Part shown: positions 1-12,610 of the stretch, piece by piece
How positions within the stretch are numbered: the stretch's first letter is position 1
How the letters are laid out: every line of letters starts with the position of its first letter
Origin: Felis catus
Lineage: Eukaryota
NCBI RefSeq assembly: GCF_018350175.1
Contig: NC_058383.1
Coordinates: 8,806,001-8,870,000 of the forward strand
DNA length: 64,000 bases
Direction of reading: 5' to 3'
Made by a program: the position numbers and the translations under genes
Notes under the pieces: model-generated
The model's input: only the letters and a program-made list of their open reading frames with translations
Database searches by the model: none
Told to the model about the DNA's origin: nothing

Positions 1-9
1 GATTACAGC

Positions 10-1130
10 TGCACAGAGCAAAGTTAGAAAATTGTGGAAGTAAATTCATCTGGGAATTTGATATTATTAAGTTGACTTTTCAAACTAGGTGAAGGGATGA
101 GTTATATTTAAAGTTGGAAGCAACGGGCTGACCACTCAGGGTGGAGGATGAAAACAGATTTTTTTTTCCATCTCATTCTTTACAACCAAGAAATTGAAGT
201 GGCTCTCAGGTTAAATATCAATCATTAAATCATGGACATACTGGAAGAAAACTTAGGCAGTATTTTGTTTTTAGTAACTTTGGAGTAGGTATTTCTAATT
301 GAAAACCGAATTTTTAAAAAAATAAATAATAAACATTTTTTTTCTTTTTTTTAATGTTTATTTATTTTTGAGAGAGAGAGAAAGACAGAGCGCGAGCAGG
401 GGAGGGGCAGAGAGAGGGGAAACACAGAATCGGAAGCAGGCTCCAGGCTCTGAGCTGTCAGCACAGAGCCCGACGCGGGGCTCGAACCCACGAACCGTGA
501 GATCATGACCTGAGCTGAAGTCAGACACTGAACCCACTGAACCACCCAGGCTCCCCTCACAATAAACATTTTAAAAGCATCAAAAAAGTGGGAAGAAAAA
601 AAAAAAATTAAAAAACCGGGAAGAAATTTTTGCACCACATAAGAGCTCTTACAAATTAATAGGGAAAATTGAGCGCTACAAAGTGGACCAAGGAGATGTA
701 CAGATAGTTCATACAAAGAGAAATGCTCTGCTTTACTCAGCAGGAAAATTAGGCTTAATTTTATCCAGTGTTGGCACAGGAAAACAAACATGTATTGTTA
801 GCAAGAGTTTAAGTTAGTGAGGTTTTTTGGGAGGGGAAGTTTCTCAATATCAGAACAACAACAACACATTGCATCTACTCTGTGACCATATACATCCTCT
901 GTTAGCATTTCATCCGACAGATTCCGTCTCAGAATTACACGGCAATATCTACATAATGATCACCGCAGAACTGTTTAGTAGAAAGAGGCGATAAACAAGC
1001 TAAGTGTCCACAGAGGCTGGTTACGTTAATTATTTAATAAGAATGAGGAAGAATGTTTCCAGAGTGTGGAAATGAGGAGAAGAGCAAGAATGCCCGGTGT
1101 GCTGTGATCCCTTTTGTGTTCAAAGGGGCG
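10..1130 (+). mobile_element. Ancient L1 (L1M-type) ORF2-end/3' UTR fragment, interrupted by a SINE
   Basis: Degenerate L1 motifs such as atactggaagaaaacttaggc, caaggagatgtacagatagttcatacaaagagaaa and aaacaagctaagtgtcca. Recall-based. Confidence 0.6.
336..556 (-). mobile_element. CanSINE (SINEC_Fc type)
   Basis: Reverse complement has a tRNA-like head with A/B boxes, a (CT)n tract, AATAAA and an A tail. Flanked by aataaacatttt on both sides. Confidence 0.95.
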
Positions 1131-1991
1131 GGGAGTGTATGTTACGCTCTCGTGTATTACATCGGAGTGTCTATATTTGTGCATGTGTTTTGTTTTTGTT
1201 TGTTTTTATTAACTTGGAGCCTCTATTAGTTTTATCATTAGAATATGCGAAAAACACGAGCAGGCTTTTTCCATAGGTGATGGAGATTTGGGTGATTTTT
1301 TTTTTTTTTTAATGCTGTAATTTCTACTTTTCTATATTCCCAGGTTCGTTAGTATGAGCACATGTGTTCTATTCATATGATGTAAAAATAATAAACTTAT
1401 TTTTAGACATCCTCTGCAGATGAGGAGCAAGGAATGCTATTTATTGACCAGGGAATTCATTTGGAGATCAGGGGAAATGTAAATCTGGGGATGTTGGGTT
1501 CAGACATTGAGAACCACCCATTAGGTATTACGGTCACATCTGCATTCCATTATAACAGACATGGAACAGCTGTCACATCTATTAGCACATCCTTTATCCC
1601 AACAAATTCCTTCATTGTGTCAGCAAAATGTAAATGTATCATTCTTCTTGGGTAACTTCAGAAAACAATGAGTTCGTGATGATGGTTGGGTTTTTTTTTT
1701 TTTTGGTTTTTTTTTGGTTTTTTTTTTTTAATATCTGGCATTTGAAGAACAAGTCACATTTAAGATAACTGGCTGCGTCAGTTAGCACACGTCAGGATGC
1801 ACCCTGCACATTCGGTCCTACGTGGGTGCAGAGTCGGGGCGCCAAAGATCAGGGAGCGGGCGCGCGCCCACCGTCAGCGGCCGCCGATTGTGTGCCTCTC
1901 GCCAGCTGCCGGTCACCGAGCTGCAGAGCACATGAGACCTTCACGTTGGGAAACGAGATGACCAGCTTGGCTTTGTTCTCTTCCTTTCCAG

Positions 1992-2068
1992 AAAGCTGCA
2001 GGAGACACAGATGTCCACCACCTCAAAGCTGGAGGAAGCGGAGCACAAAGTCCAGACTCTGCAGACAG
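1992..2068 (+). CDS. CUX1: CUX1/CASP coding exon, 77 nt (human exon 7 equivalent)
   Basis: Acceptor ttctcttcctttccag, donor G|gtgtgc. Reads (R)[25 protein letters not shown](A), recognised as the CUX1 N-terminal coiled coil. Phase joins the next exon. Confidence 0.97.
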
Positions 2069-2479
2069 GTGTGCTGTCCGTCATCCTAATAAAGTCTGTC
2101 CAGGGCAGGCCGAAGTTAGGGGGCACTCCGGGCCGTCTCCCGGTTGCCCCGAAGCAGTGACTCCTCGGAGCCCCCAGCGCCTCCGCCTTCCCTTCATTAG
2201 CCGCCCACCCCGAGCTGTTGGTGTCGGAAGCGGGAGGATCTGAATTCCATTTTCATCCTTCCACAAGCCATCCTTTCTTTCCTGCGCCTTTTCCAACAAA
2301 CACATCTAAATCACCAAACTGTCAGGGACTGACATTTCATTTGGAACAATAATAGGAAAGAAAAAAAAAAAAAAACAAAAAACCAACCACTTATTTCCAC
2401 CCTGAGCGAAATTAAGAACACTCATGGCAGACCTTTCAAATTTAAGACACCAAAAAAAGGGTGTGCTAACAGTTTTTAT

Positions 2480-2511
2480 CGTTTCTTTGCACTTCTTTTT
2501 TCTTCTCTGTC

Positions 2512-2543
<32 letters not shown>

Positions 2544-3130
2544 CTGAAAGGGAAACCGCACGATATAATGAATTGAAACGTGGGGGCAAAAATATTGGAC
2601 GACCTCAGAATCCAAGTGAAAACCACCCGACCGAGTGCTGTGCTGTGTAGTCACAGCACATTTGCAGACACGTGAATAATACCCCCCTCCCCCCCAAATC
2701 TAGAGACCTCCTAAAAACCAGTAACACATCAAGAAAAAGAGATAATCCAATAAAAGCAGGGGCTAGAGACGCAAACAGGCGGTTTGGGGAAAAAATGCAT
2801 GTGGCCAGTACACATATGAAAAAAAAAAAAAAAAAAACGTTAACCATTCTTCCCAGGCAGGGAGATGCTCATTAAATCAGGGAAAGATCGTTTTGCCCGT
2901 CAGACTGTCAAAAGAATTTTTTTTTTAATTGATACTGTCCGGTGTTGGTGAGCGTAGAGGCACCATTGCTACACTCGCGGTATTGATGGGAATGTAAATT
3001 GCCTCTGGGGGGAGCCAGCTGGGTGGGAGTGGCCTGTTTTGGAGTATCTAAGTATCCTTACCCCAGAACCTTCGCTTCTGCGGGTCCTGAGGTGCCGGGC
3101 ATTTGGCAAGCTCTGTACGAAAGCTAATTG
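2480..3130 (+). mobile_element. Ancient L1 3' fragment
   Basis: aagaaaaagagataatccaataaaa...gtggccagtacacatatgaaaa...gtgttggtgag...tgatgggaatgtaaatt are typical L1 ORF2 3' motifs. Confidence 0.7.
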
Positions 3131-3453
3131 TTACTGCCTATGTCCTGACCTGGAGAGTTTTTCATGCCTTTCTGCTAAAGGAAAAGAACAAGTCTCAGAA
3201 TATATTTGTAGCCTCCTATTTATGCAGAGGTGAAAATATGTATATATGCGGTTATGTATGGAAATATTTTTTTAAGCAATAAAATACACATAAAGGCAGG
3301 AAATCTGCACACCGAGCCAGTGACCGGCGTTCTCTCCCAGGAGGTGCGTGGATGAAATGGAAAAGAAAGGGGGTTTTTGGAAGTTCTGTGCATTTGCATT
3401 ATCTTCGACTCCTCAGATGAGAATATATTGCTTGTACATTTTTGCTTTTTTAA

Positions 3454-3576
<123 letters not shown>

Positions 3577-5395
3577 TAAGTCTCTGCCTGACTTCCTCTG
3601 TCTGCATGCTTTCGGTCAGGTGTCACCTGTGTTTTGCTAATCCATAGAATATTCCCCCGGCTCTGCCCTCCTGTCTGTCAGCTTTTGCCAAGCAGTACGG
3701 GATTCAGGAGGTGCTTGGCCTCAGAGCCGCCGTGAGGAACACAGCAGCACCCCCGTGAGCTCCTGGCGTCAGTTTACTCCCCACGATGTGACCGTAATCT
3801 CTGGTGCTCTCAGAACGCTGAGACTTTTGTCTTTAATTAATGTGAAGCCTCCTCAACATGTGCCTTTTTCTAAGAAAACTTGGGGAAAAGGCAACTTACA
3901 GAAGATGTGATACAGGAGACGTTTTGTGGAGCTTGGTCTGTGCAAATCACGTCACCTTTCCCCGTGTCTGGGTCCTTGGCTCCCAAACGGATGTATTTAT
4001 TCAACTCCTACCTTAGGACACCGGGCATCTCTGTGCACACGTCGGGAATGTATACACGTAGACAGACACGTCTGTGTATACGTCGGGAATGCGTGCATTT
4101 GGGCAGGTATGTCACAGGTGGCTGTGGCGGAAGGAAGTGTGTGATCTGCCACAGGGACACCTGTTCCAGCCCGCTCTCCCTGCAGAACACCAGAAAAGAA
4201 GGAATAGTATTGACATAAGTCAAGAGAGGTGGAGAAGCAACAGAGGTTGTCCCTAGCCACGCTCTCCTCTGCCGAAGTCCAGACAGGCGGCACCAGGCAA
4301 GGCGTTGGTTCGCCTTCTCCTGTCCTGCGAGGGTCCTCCTGTCTCCCTTAGAGACCCGTGTCCTCCTGCTGTGCTCCCACAGCGGGCCTTCTGGGTAGCG
4401 GGCAGGGGCTCTGAATAGTGCACCCCCTCCGAGGCTCCTGTTTTGCATAGGGCGTCCCTCTGTCCCATCACACTCGCCCTTGGCCTTCAAGGTTGCTGCT
4501 GGGCCTGCTGCTCACGGGGCCTCTCTCGGTGGGCTCTTTGCCTTTGCTCTGTGTGAGTTAGTAGCTCCAGACTGTGAGCGCCCACCTACCCAGGCCTGGT
4601 GCTCAAAACCAACTTTGATCGTGAGGCCAGAATTCCCGCACAAAGACTAAATACCTTCCTCAGCCTCGGCGACTCGGCCTGTTGGCATATCTAATCCCCG
4701 TGGGCGTTCCCTCTCCTGTCAGTGTGCTAAAGTGTGGCTTCAGGTGAGCTAGAACGAGCTGGCTCTAAGGGGTGGGATAGCTGGTTGAGATTTCACTTTG
4801 AGACCCAGACGCTCTGGTATTAACTTCTCCAACCCGGGCGTCGCTGTCGACGGGATGTGGCAAACGTGCAGAGCCGTCTCCCCTTCACCCCCCTAGATGT
4901 AAGCTCCGCAGAAGCCGTTTCAACTGCTGTCACCCTGAGGTTCCCTGGTATCCGCGTCCGGCTTCCCTACTCTGCCAGGCCGCCATCTTTGTTTTTCTAT
5001 CCTTTCTGTCTGGACCTTATCTACTAAGTAGAATAGTAGTTGTTTTTCTCAGTAAATTCCAGTTTTGTAAGTTACAATATTTTCATCTGATACAGAGGTC
5101 AATCGGCATCTGTTCCATCTGATACAGTCCTCAGTTTATAGCATTTCCTTTCTAAAATAGTTCCTTCTGGTCCTCTGGCCCATGCCTTCTTATTAACATC
5201 AGTTTACTCACTGACAAAATTCATAGTGACTTCGGTGGTGATCTATTTATTTCACTAGTTTTCAATATTTTATTTTTAGCAAACCACACCTCTTTCTGGA
5301 AGACATAGATACATCTTGTGTTTCTATAATTAACCGAAGTTTGCATTACTACGCATGTAAAAGCTCGTACAACCAGTCTCTGAGCGCCTCTAAGC

Positions 5396-5671
5396 TAGCG
5401 TTTTTGAAACTGGGTGTCACAGTGGTGAAATCCATTTAGTGAGTGGCGACCAGCCAGTTGGGCAGTAAAATTCAGTAGAAAAGAAAACAACAGAATAGAG
5501 GCGAAAATATCATGGCTCATGGCACATAGGAAAGTCGGGTATCGTTTTGTGACCCTTTTGGGTTAATCGTGTGTCTAACTGTAAAAATGTAAACGTACAG
5601 TTACTGGGCCACAGTGTAGAATGTAGTTCTTCCAGTGGATCCCAATCAGAATTTTCTTTTGAAAGCCACTG
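5396..5671. mobile_element. Non-autonomous hAT-Charlie (MER-type) DNA transposon fossil
   Basis: Right end tttgaaagccactg is the reverse complement of a CAGTGGYTTTCAAA-type TIR. Degenerate left TIR and internal gtgaaatccatttagtgagtggcgaccagc. Confidence 0.55.
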
Positions 5672-8600
5672 CTCTGAGAGTGTTACAAAAGCTTGACTTT
5701 CAGAAGCCGATGTCTCCTACCGTGTCCTCGCGGGGCACGCTGGGGAGATGCTGTTAGTCACGAACGTCCACCTACTTAGGGGAGAGAAACGGCCTGGTGA
5801 CACATAGCGTCTACCGAAACTGTTCCGAAATGACAGCAGATAATGCCACTTGTCACATGATTGCTAAGTACCGGCCCCTGGTTTACATTCATCATTTTTT
5901 ACTGGGCTTCTAAAGGCCACGTAGAAAACGCGTGTCCATTTAATCGGTGTGTTTTCGGGGTTGAGGAAGCGACGCGGCAGAGAACAGCCATGTAGGAAGG
6001 ACTTAAATGTCCCCTGCTCACAGGTTTCCATTGGCGGCCCGGGGGGGCAACTGGGAGACAGGCCAGAGAGGCAGTGTCTCTCATTGTCTGTCCCCACCCT
6101 GTCTGACCTTGCTAGAGGCCGGGCTGACGCTGGGGAAGGACTCGCTTCTCTCACCCAGAACCGCCAGTTATCCAAGGACAGGGCCCTGCTCTCAGGGGAA
6201 TCGGCTCCCTAGAACAGGGTCAGAGGCACCTCTTAAGATGACGAGGACGATTTTCGGTCTAAAGTGTTTTTCTAGTTACTGTTCACAGGTGCATTGACTC
6301 CTGGGCTTTTCCTAAGCAGCCCGCGCTGTCATTTTATAGGTAAGAACATTAAATCCGGGGTCCCCTGAATCGGCAAGGTCACTGGGGGGAGCCTCAGAGG
6401 CCCTAGACCTCTCCTAGGCTCCAACCCTACTGGCATCTGACAAGGAACGGTGTGGTTGTAACTGGTGTGGGCTCAGTGAGAAACGTCTCCAGACTCTTTC
6501 TCTTTGTATCCGCATGTCTTAAGGCCAAAAAGGTGTTTTCCCCATATCAATGAAAATCTATGCGTTACTTGCTCATTTTCACCAAACTACAGGAAGCGGA
6601 ACGTAGAATCAAAAAGTATGAGAGTTGCTTATTCTGTCGTGTAAAAATGCTTTGCTTGGGGACTATGGCTATTGTTAAAAACTGCTTATGGGGCCGTGGG
6701 CACTCTTGGGGTGCGTCCCCTCCCGGGATCCGAGCAGGAAATTCTCACCTTCTCCGGTGATGAGAAGGGAGCCAGCGGTGTGGCATGTACGGCTGTGCGT
6801 GGAGAGAAAAAGCCTAACTCTCGTGATGGGCACGACTCAGAATAGATCCACTCGTTGGCGCAGCAGACATTCCTGGAGGCCTCTTCTGTGCTTGGCACTT
6901 AGCTGGGCTCTGGAAGCCCTGAGAAAGAAGGCTCAGCAGGGTGGGGGTGGGGAGCCATTGCAATCCGGTGTGATCACTGCTGTGACAGGCCCTGTGCTGT
7001 CAGGGTGTCCACGGAAATCAGACGGTGCACTCAGCCCGGGGCAGGGAGCAGGGAAACCACGGAGGCAATGCGGCAGCATTGAGAGGACCCCTGACCTCAC
7101 CCTCCCCCCTTCCTGGCGCCAGGACTCTCATGGCCAGACTCCGCAGAGGCCGGTGGGAAGTCCACCCAGCTCGAACAAAAGGAAAGGGTAATCAGGGGAG
7201 CCTTCCTGAAGGGGGTGACGTGTGGTTTGAGGTTGAAAGATGAGTTCCAGCCAGGGGCTGCTGGAGGCAAAGGGGATGAAAACACAGGGCAGCCACGCTG
7301 ACCTGGGGAGCCAGCCAGAAGTGCCGGACGTGGGGACGGGGCAAGGTGGGCGCAGTGTGTGTGGGGCCGGGGGAGGGGAAGGGGGTGGACTCAGGCCCCC
7401 ACAGGGCTCGGTCGTTTCCCAAGTCAGAAATGGACTAGCTGTTGACAAAAAGGCAGCCTAGGGCCAAACACTTACTGTACATGGTTCCCAGAGTAAGTAA
7501 TCCGCAAAAAATGTGGAGAATGGACTGAGTTAATAATCACTACTTTCTTGTAGCTTTCAGGGGGTTGCTTCAGTCTTGGAGATCCCATGTAGATGGAAGC
7601 TTCCCCCTCCGCGTCCCTCCCCTCTTCTGTTTTCTGGGAAACGTTTGTCCCGCCCTCACGCCCACCCTTCATGTATCTCATTAGACTTCATGTCTTTTCA
7701 TCAATACCTATGAATATAAGCCCTCCAGGGGCAAGTCTTTTCACAAATGGCCTTAAAATGTCTCACAACAATTTATTTTCTCTCTGTGACAGTAGGGATT
7801 CTTAAATACTTGTTACAGAAAATGCAGGAAGTGGGTGGGGGCTTTGGAGAAGGCTGACCCGGAGCGGGTCACGGGGTCCACGACTCTCCATGTGTCCTTG
7901 GGGGAGCTCGCTGCCCACCACTCCCGCTGCCCTCACCCTGCAACGGGCGGGCACAGTGGCGGTCAAGAGACCGGCTGGCTGTGCAGGGTAACGGGAAGGT
8001 GCGCAGGCAGCCCCCAGCGCGGTGACAGCCCGCCCCGGCCATCAGCCACTCTATTGTCGCCAAAAAGAACCTATGCCCAGCAAGCTCACGGTAGGGCTTG
8101 CTGTGCGTTTCTGAAATTAGCCGTCCTCAGGGAAGGCTGACGCTAATGGCCCCAAATCCCAATGGGATTTGAAGAGCCCACGCTGCCTCTGCCTTTCCGT
8201 CACCGGGGGATGTCACCGGGGTGACCCTCCCTCACCCCCGTTTTGGAAAGAAGCCTGCAGGTCGAAGGCACCAGGGCTGTTCCGAGAGAGCCTGGTTCAT
8301 TGTGTGCGGTCACCGCCCTGCGTCAGCTGGGACAGCGCAGGCTGACTTTGTCAGGGACAGCAGCAGTAAAGTTTTCCATGTGTAGGCTTGAAGCAAAATG
8401 TAATTAGCCTTTATGTGCAGAACAAGGACCCATTGATGAATACAGCTGGTCTTTGTTTTGTCCCGTCATTGAGAGTGGGAGGTAAAAGTGTTCTTCTTCA
8501 TGTTTATTAATGCGAGGTTCCTTAGACAAATGGCAAGCACAGTTTAATATTTGTCGGAACACAGGGGGGTTTGCCAAAACAGTTGTGTAAGAGGATTGCA

Positions 8601-10958
8601 GGGTTGCAGATTATAACCGTTTCTGGGTTAAATAAATGAATTATTTCTCCGCTTTGTTTTTTTTTTTTTTTTTTAGTTAAAAAGATCCCTCCTTTCTCAG
8701 AGGTGCAGCTCAGCTCATCCCACTTGTGTTAGCAAATGGAGATGTAGCACCCTGACCGACTTTGCCTCGGAGATGGCAGCCAAGCACAGCGTGTGGACTT
8801 TAGACAGTTCCCAGGATGGCCGTGGGGGCGGGCGGGCGGGCGGGCTTCGTTTCGGCGCGTGGCATCTGGCCCCAGAGAGAAGCCTGCCTCGCTTCTGGCT
8901 CGCCTGCTGCAGCTGTTCACCTGGGCTGGTGGCTGAGCTGGCACCTCACACCGCAGGAGGGGGTTACCCTCCCAGACTCGCGTCCCGGGCACCAGTGCAG
9001 GAATTCCCTTTTTTTTTTTCCTCTTCTTTTCTCAAGTGCAAGTCCACGGCCACCTACCTCTTTGGTCTGTCCCCCGAATGCCGGTTGCAAAAGTAGCTTT
9101 GGTGCTGACACATACAGACGGCTTGTTCCGTCCCCTTCAGCTTGGGGTCTGTGACTCTGAGCCTCCGATAAAAGAAAATACCTGATTACACTGAAAGGCT
9201 CTATTTTTTTTTTTTCAGCAAATGTTAGTCTTAGGAGAATTTGAACCTATCAAACCCTCTCCTGCCAGAAAAAATGCACATTTCTTAAGGTTACTCGTGT
9301 TCTATTCCTTTCCTATGTGCTTCTTTAAAAGAACTACATTGTATATACACATACTTACCTAGTATATTACAAAAGAGACATTTATGGGGAACTTCACTTG
9401 GGTTGATTGGAGAGTATTTTCTTTATCGCATGTCTGTAACCAGTGCTTTCTCACAAAACGCAGTGTGCTCTGAGAAAGGAAACCTTTCCAAGTGAGCCTG
9501 GCTTAGGGCTTTATGGAATCATTGAGGGGAGCCCATATCCCGCATCGTAGAGGTAGGGAATGCCCAGCAGCGGGGCACAGGGGCCCCGAGAGGCAATTTG
9601 ACCGAGGGGCGGCTCCAGACACGACGCCCAGGTAGGAAGTGCAGATGGTGTGCCAGTGAGTGGCCGTGGCGTAGACACCTTCCCTGCACACGGATCGCCC
9701 TGGACTCTTTGGCGGTGGTTTTTGCGCACACTCAGAATCCAGGGCACTTCACACACTGCCATGGTGGCCCACAAAGTCCCGTTCTGGTGCTGCCTTCTTA
9801 AGAGAGCGCCAGGTGAGAGGTTTCCAGGAGTTTCAAGCCTCCTCTCCCCACAAGCCCCACCCTATTGGCCCTTCCAGACTGGTCGCTCTCGTATTTATTT
9901 TTTGACATCGCCACATGAAAAACTTAGAAACCTGGGCCAGGTAGAGCCCAGCCGACAAAGCCTGAGAACCACACTAGTATTTTGATGATCCCGTAGGACA
10001 CATCTTCGTCCCCCAGTTGCATTTGCAGATACCAACTTTAGTGTCTGAACGGAGTCTCTCTGCTGTACCTTTAAGAAGGGAACATTTTCTATTTCCTGTC
10101 TTTTTGATGAGTCATCAATTTCCAGTACGAGTTGCCGTAATTATCCTGGTTAGATTAATTTCCCTAAAAATAGGCAGCTTCTTTCATGGTTTCGTGGGGA
10201 TGGGCTTGAATAAAGAACCCTCCTGTCCCTTCAACCTTAGAGGCAACCAAATCACACTTGCAGGGAACAGCTGAGGACTTTTTTTTTTCTGTAGCTTATC
10301 TCCCAAAGAGTATAACTGTGCATTTTGTAGAATTCCTGGGATTTTCCATCCCTGTACAAGTATTTCACTTCACACCTAAAATCCGATGCCTGGGTGAGCC
10401 CTAAAAGGCTTTCCTTGGCTTCTGCAGCAACAGCAGCATCTCTAAAGCAACACAGCCCAGATCTGGAGATTTCCCAGCCCAGGGCGCTGCACGGGAAGGA
10501 GGGGGTGGCTTCGTGTTTTCAAATTCGTGTAGAATTTCCTCTGAGTGCCAAGGATTCTTCACCTGTTCCGTGGACTCCAGATGCAGCTGGAAATTACGTG
10601 GCAGCAGTGAGAACCAGCAATCTCTACGCCTCCCGCCTTCAGCTAATCTTCCTAAAGGCCTGTGTGAAAATGTCAGGCGTTGTGTCACCTACCAGAACGG
10701 CAGAGTGAAGGGGGCGGGCGGTTCCAGATGGGATCCGCACATGGGCTCACACGCTGTGCTCTGTACGCTAAAACACGCATATATATACGGTACAGAGGGC
10801 GATCCCGTATGTGGTGTGTGTATGTAACATGTTTATGGATGGAGAGATAGTGATCATATTCATACAGCATCCTTGGAGACGGTATTGTAGGGAAAAAGCA
10901 TTATTCCTCGATGGTCATCTGGGTTTGGCGGGCATTCATAAAAATTTTGTGCGTTTTT

Positions 10959-11167
10959 AAAAAAATTTTTTTAATGTTTATTTATTTTTGAGAAACAGTG
11001 CGAGTAGAGAAGGGCAGAGAGAGAGAGAGAGGGAGACACAGAATCCAAAACAGGCTCCAGGCTCTGAGCCGTCAGCACAGGGCCTGATGCAGGGCTCGAA
11101 CCCATGAACTGTGAGATCATGACCTGAGCTGAAGTTGGAAGCTCAACCGACTGAGCCACCCAGGCTC
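10959..11167 (-). mobile_element. CanSINE (SINEC_Fc type)
   Basis: Full antisense body with T tail and (GA)n tract. Confidence 0.95.
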
Positions 11168-11380
11168 AAAATGTCGTGTTTTTAGAGACCCTTGAAGTTT
11201 TCCTGATTCTCTATAAAGGTAAATCTTGAGGAGCTCACAGTTTGAAACTCAAGGAAACAGGTTTGGGGACCGTTGGAGAAAACCATCAATTTGTGGCCAT
11301 CAAGGTATATCTAATGACCTGTAAGAACACCTGTAAGTTGACAAATGTCAACCGAACTGCCTCCGAAGAGGGACCTCATC

Positions 11381-11561
11381 TTCTTTCTTTTTTTCATTTT
11401 TGAGAGTGGGGGAGGGGCAGAGAGAGAGGGAGACCGAGATTCCAAAGCGGACTCTACACTGTCAGCACAGAGCCTGACGCGGGGCTCGAACTCATGGAAC
11501 CGTGAGATCACGACGTGAGCCAAAGTTGGACACTTAACCAATGGAGCCACTCAGGCGCCCC
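11381..11561 (-). mobile_element. CanSINE
   Basis: Antisense body ending ggcgcccc. Approximate TSD gac(c)ctcatctt. Confidence 0.93.
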
Positions 11562-12199
11562 AACAATGACCCTCATCTTATTCTCTGCATACCATGTGCG
11601 CGTCAGCACGGTCACAGGTACGTCATCAAGAGAGAGACTTTGATCGATGTACTAAATCAGCATGAGCCTTCACCTTGACGACAGGTGGATGAGGTCTGAG
11701 TAGCACAGGGCTTGGACCCTGACCATGGACATCAAGGACACTCTGGCAGGACAACCTAAGGAACCTGGTGGCTTCTAGGAAGAGAGAGGGAGCCATCTAA
11801 ACCACGAGAGGGCTTCAAGAAGAAGCCTTACAGAGGCCCAGCCTAGAGAACACACTCCAGTTCCTGCCCCTAGTGGAATTCCTCCGAGGGCCACGCGTTT
11901 CTGGCTCTCTGCGGGAGGTCTGTGACCACACAGGTCACCATGACGCAGCACGTCTCCTCCAGTGCCTCCCCGCTCCCCAGGTGGCAGAGGAGAATGTGAT
12001 CCGATGCACGCCGACCGGTTGACAGCTCTTTGGAAGGGAAGCAGGAGGGCTGGGAGAGGCGAGAGATTCTTCTTCCCACGGACTGCCCCCAGATTGGGGA
12101 AGATCAACCCCTTTTATATGACACAGTATTTGTAATTACAAAAGTCCTGCCTGTGGATTATACCAAATTTAGAAAATTTTAACTGGTTTTAGAAAATAG

Positions 12200-12610
12200 A
12201 GGTCATCAGGCGTCATCTCATGATGCAGAGATAACTTGTTAACGCTTTGGCATATTCCTTCCTGTCTTTTTTTCTAGACCGTGGTTTATTAATTCTGTTG
12301 TCTTTTACAGACGGCATCAGATGGATAGGCACTTTTCACTTCTAGGCTGTTGGTTGGTTGTTTTTTGTTTTACTTGACATCTAAGTGTTTCTTTTGTGTC
12401 ATTAACCATCCTTCAGAAACTAAAAGCGGGCAGTGCGGTATTCCATCAAATAGGTGTGCCGTGGGATGGTTACTCGTTAATTTCCCTGTTGTTTGGGAGC
12501 CTGATTCATTACACTGCCCTCCTTGCCTTGCAGGTTAAAACTAGAACACTCCAGACACGCTCCGTCTTTCTGTGCCTCTTTATCCTGCCAGTGGCTGTCG
12601 CATTTTTAGG
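12200..12610 (-). mobile_element. Ancient L1 3' fragment
   Basis: T-rich antisense L1-like text (ttgttaacgctttggcatattccttcctgtcttttttcta). Confidence 0.5.

Noticed and set aside
351..791. 146-aa ORF and similar recurrent ORFs ending SLSKINKH (e.g. 10971, 22362, 23098, 43018)
   Set aside because: These are translations of CanSINE bodies, not a gene family.
1687..1730. Long T/A homopolymer tracts here and elsewhere
   Set aside because: Ordinary low-complexity or retroposon-tail sequence with no further structure.
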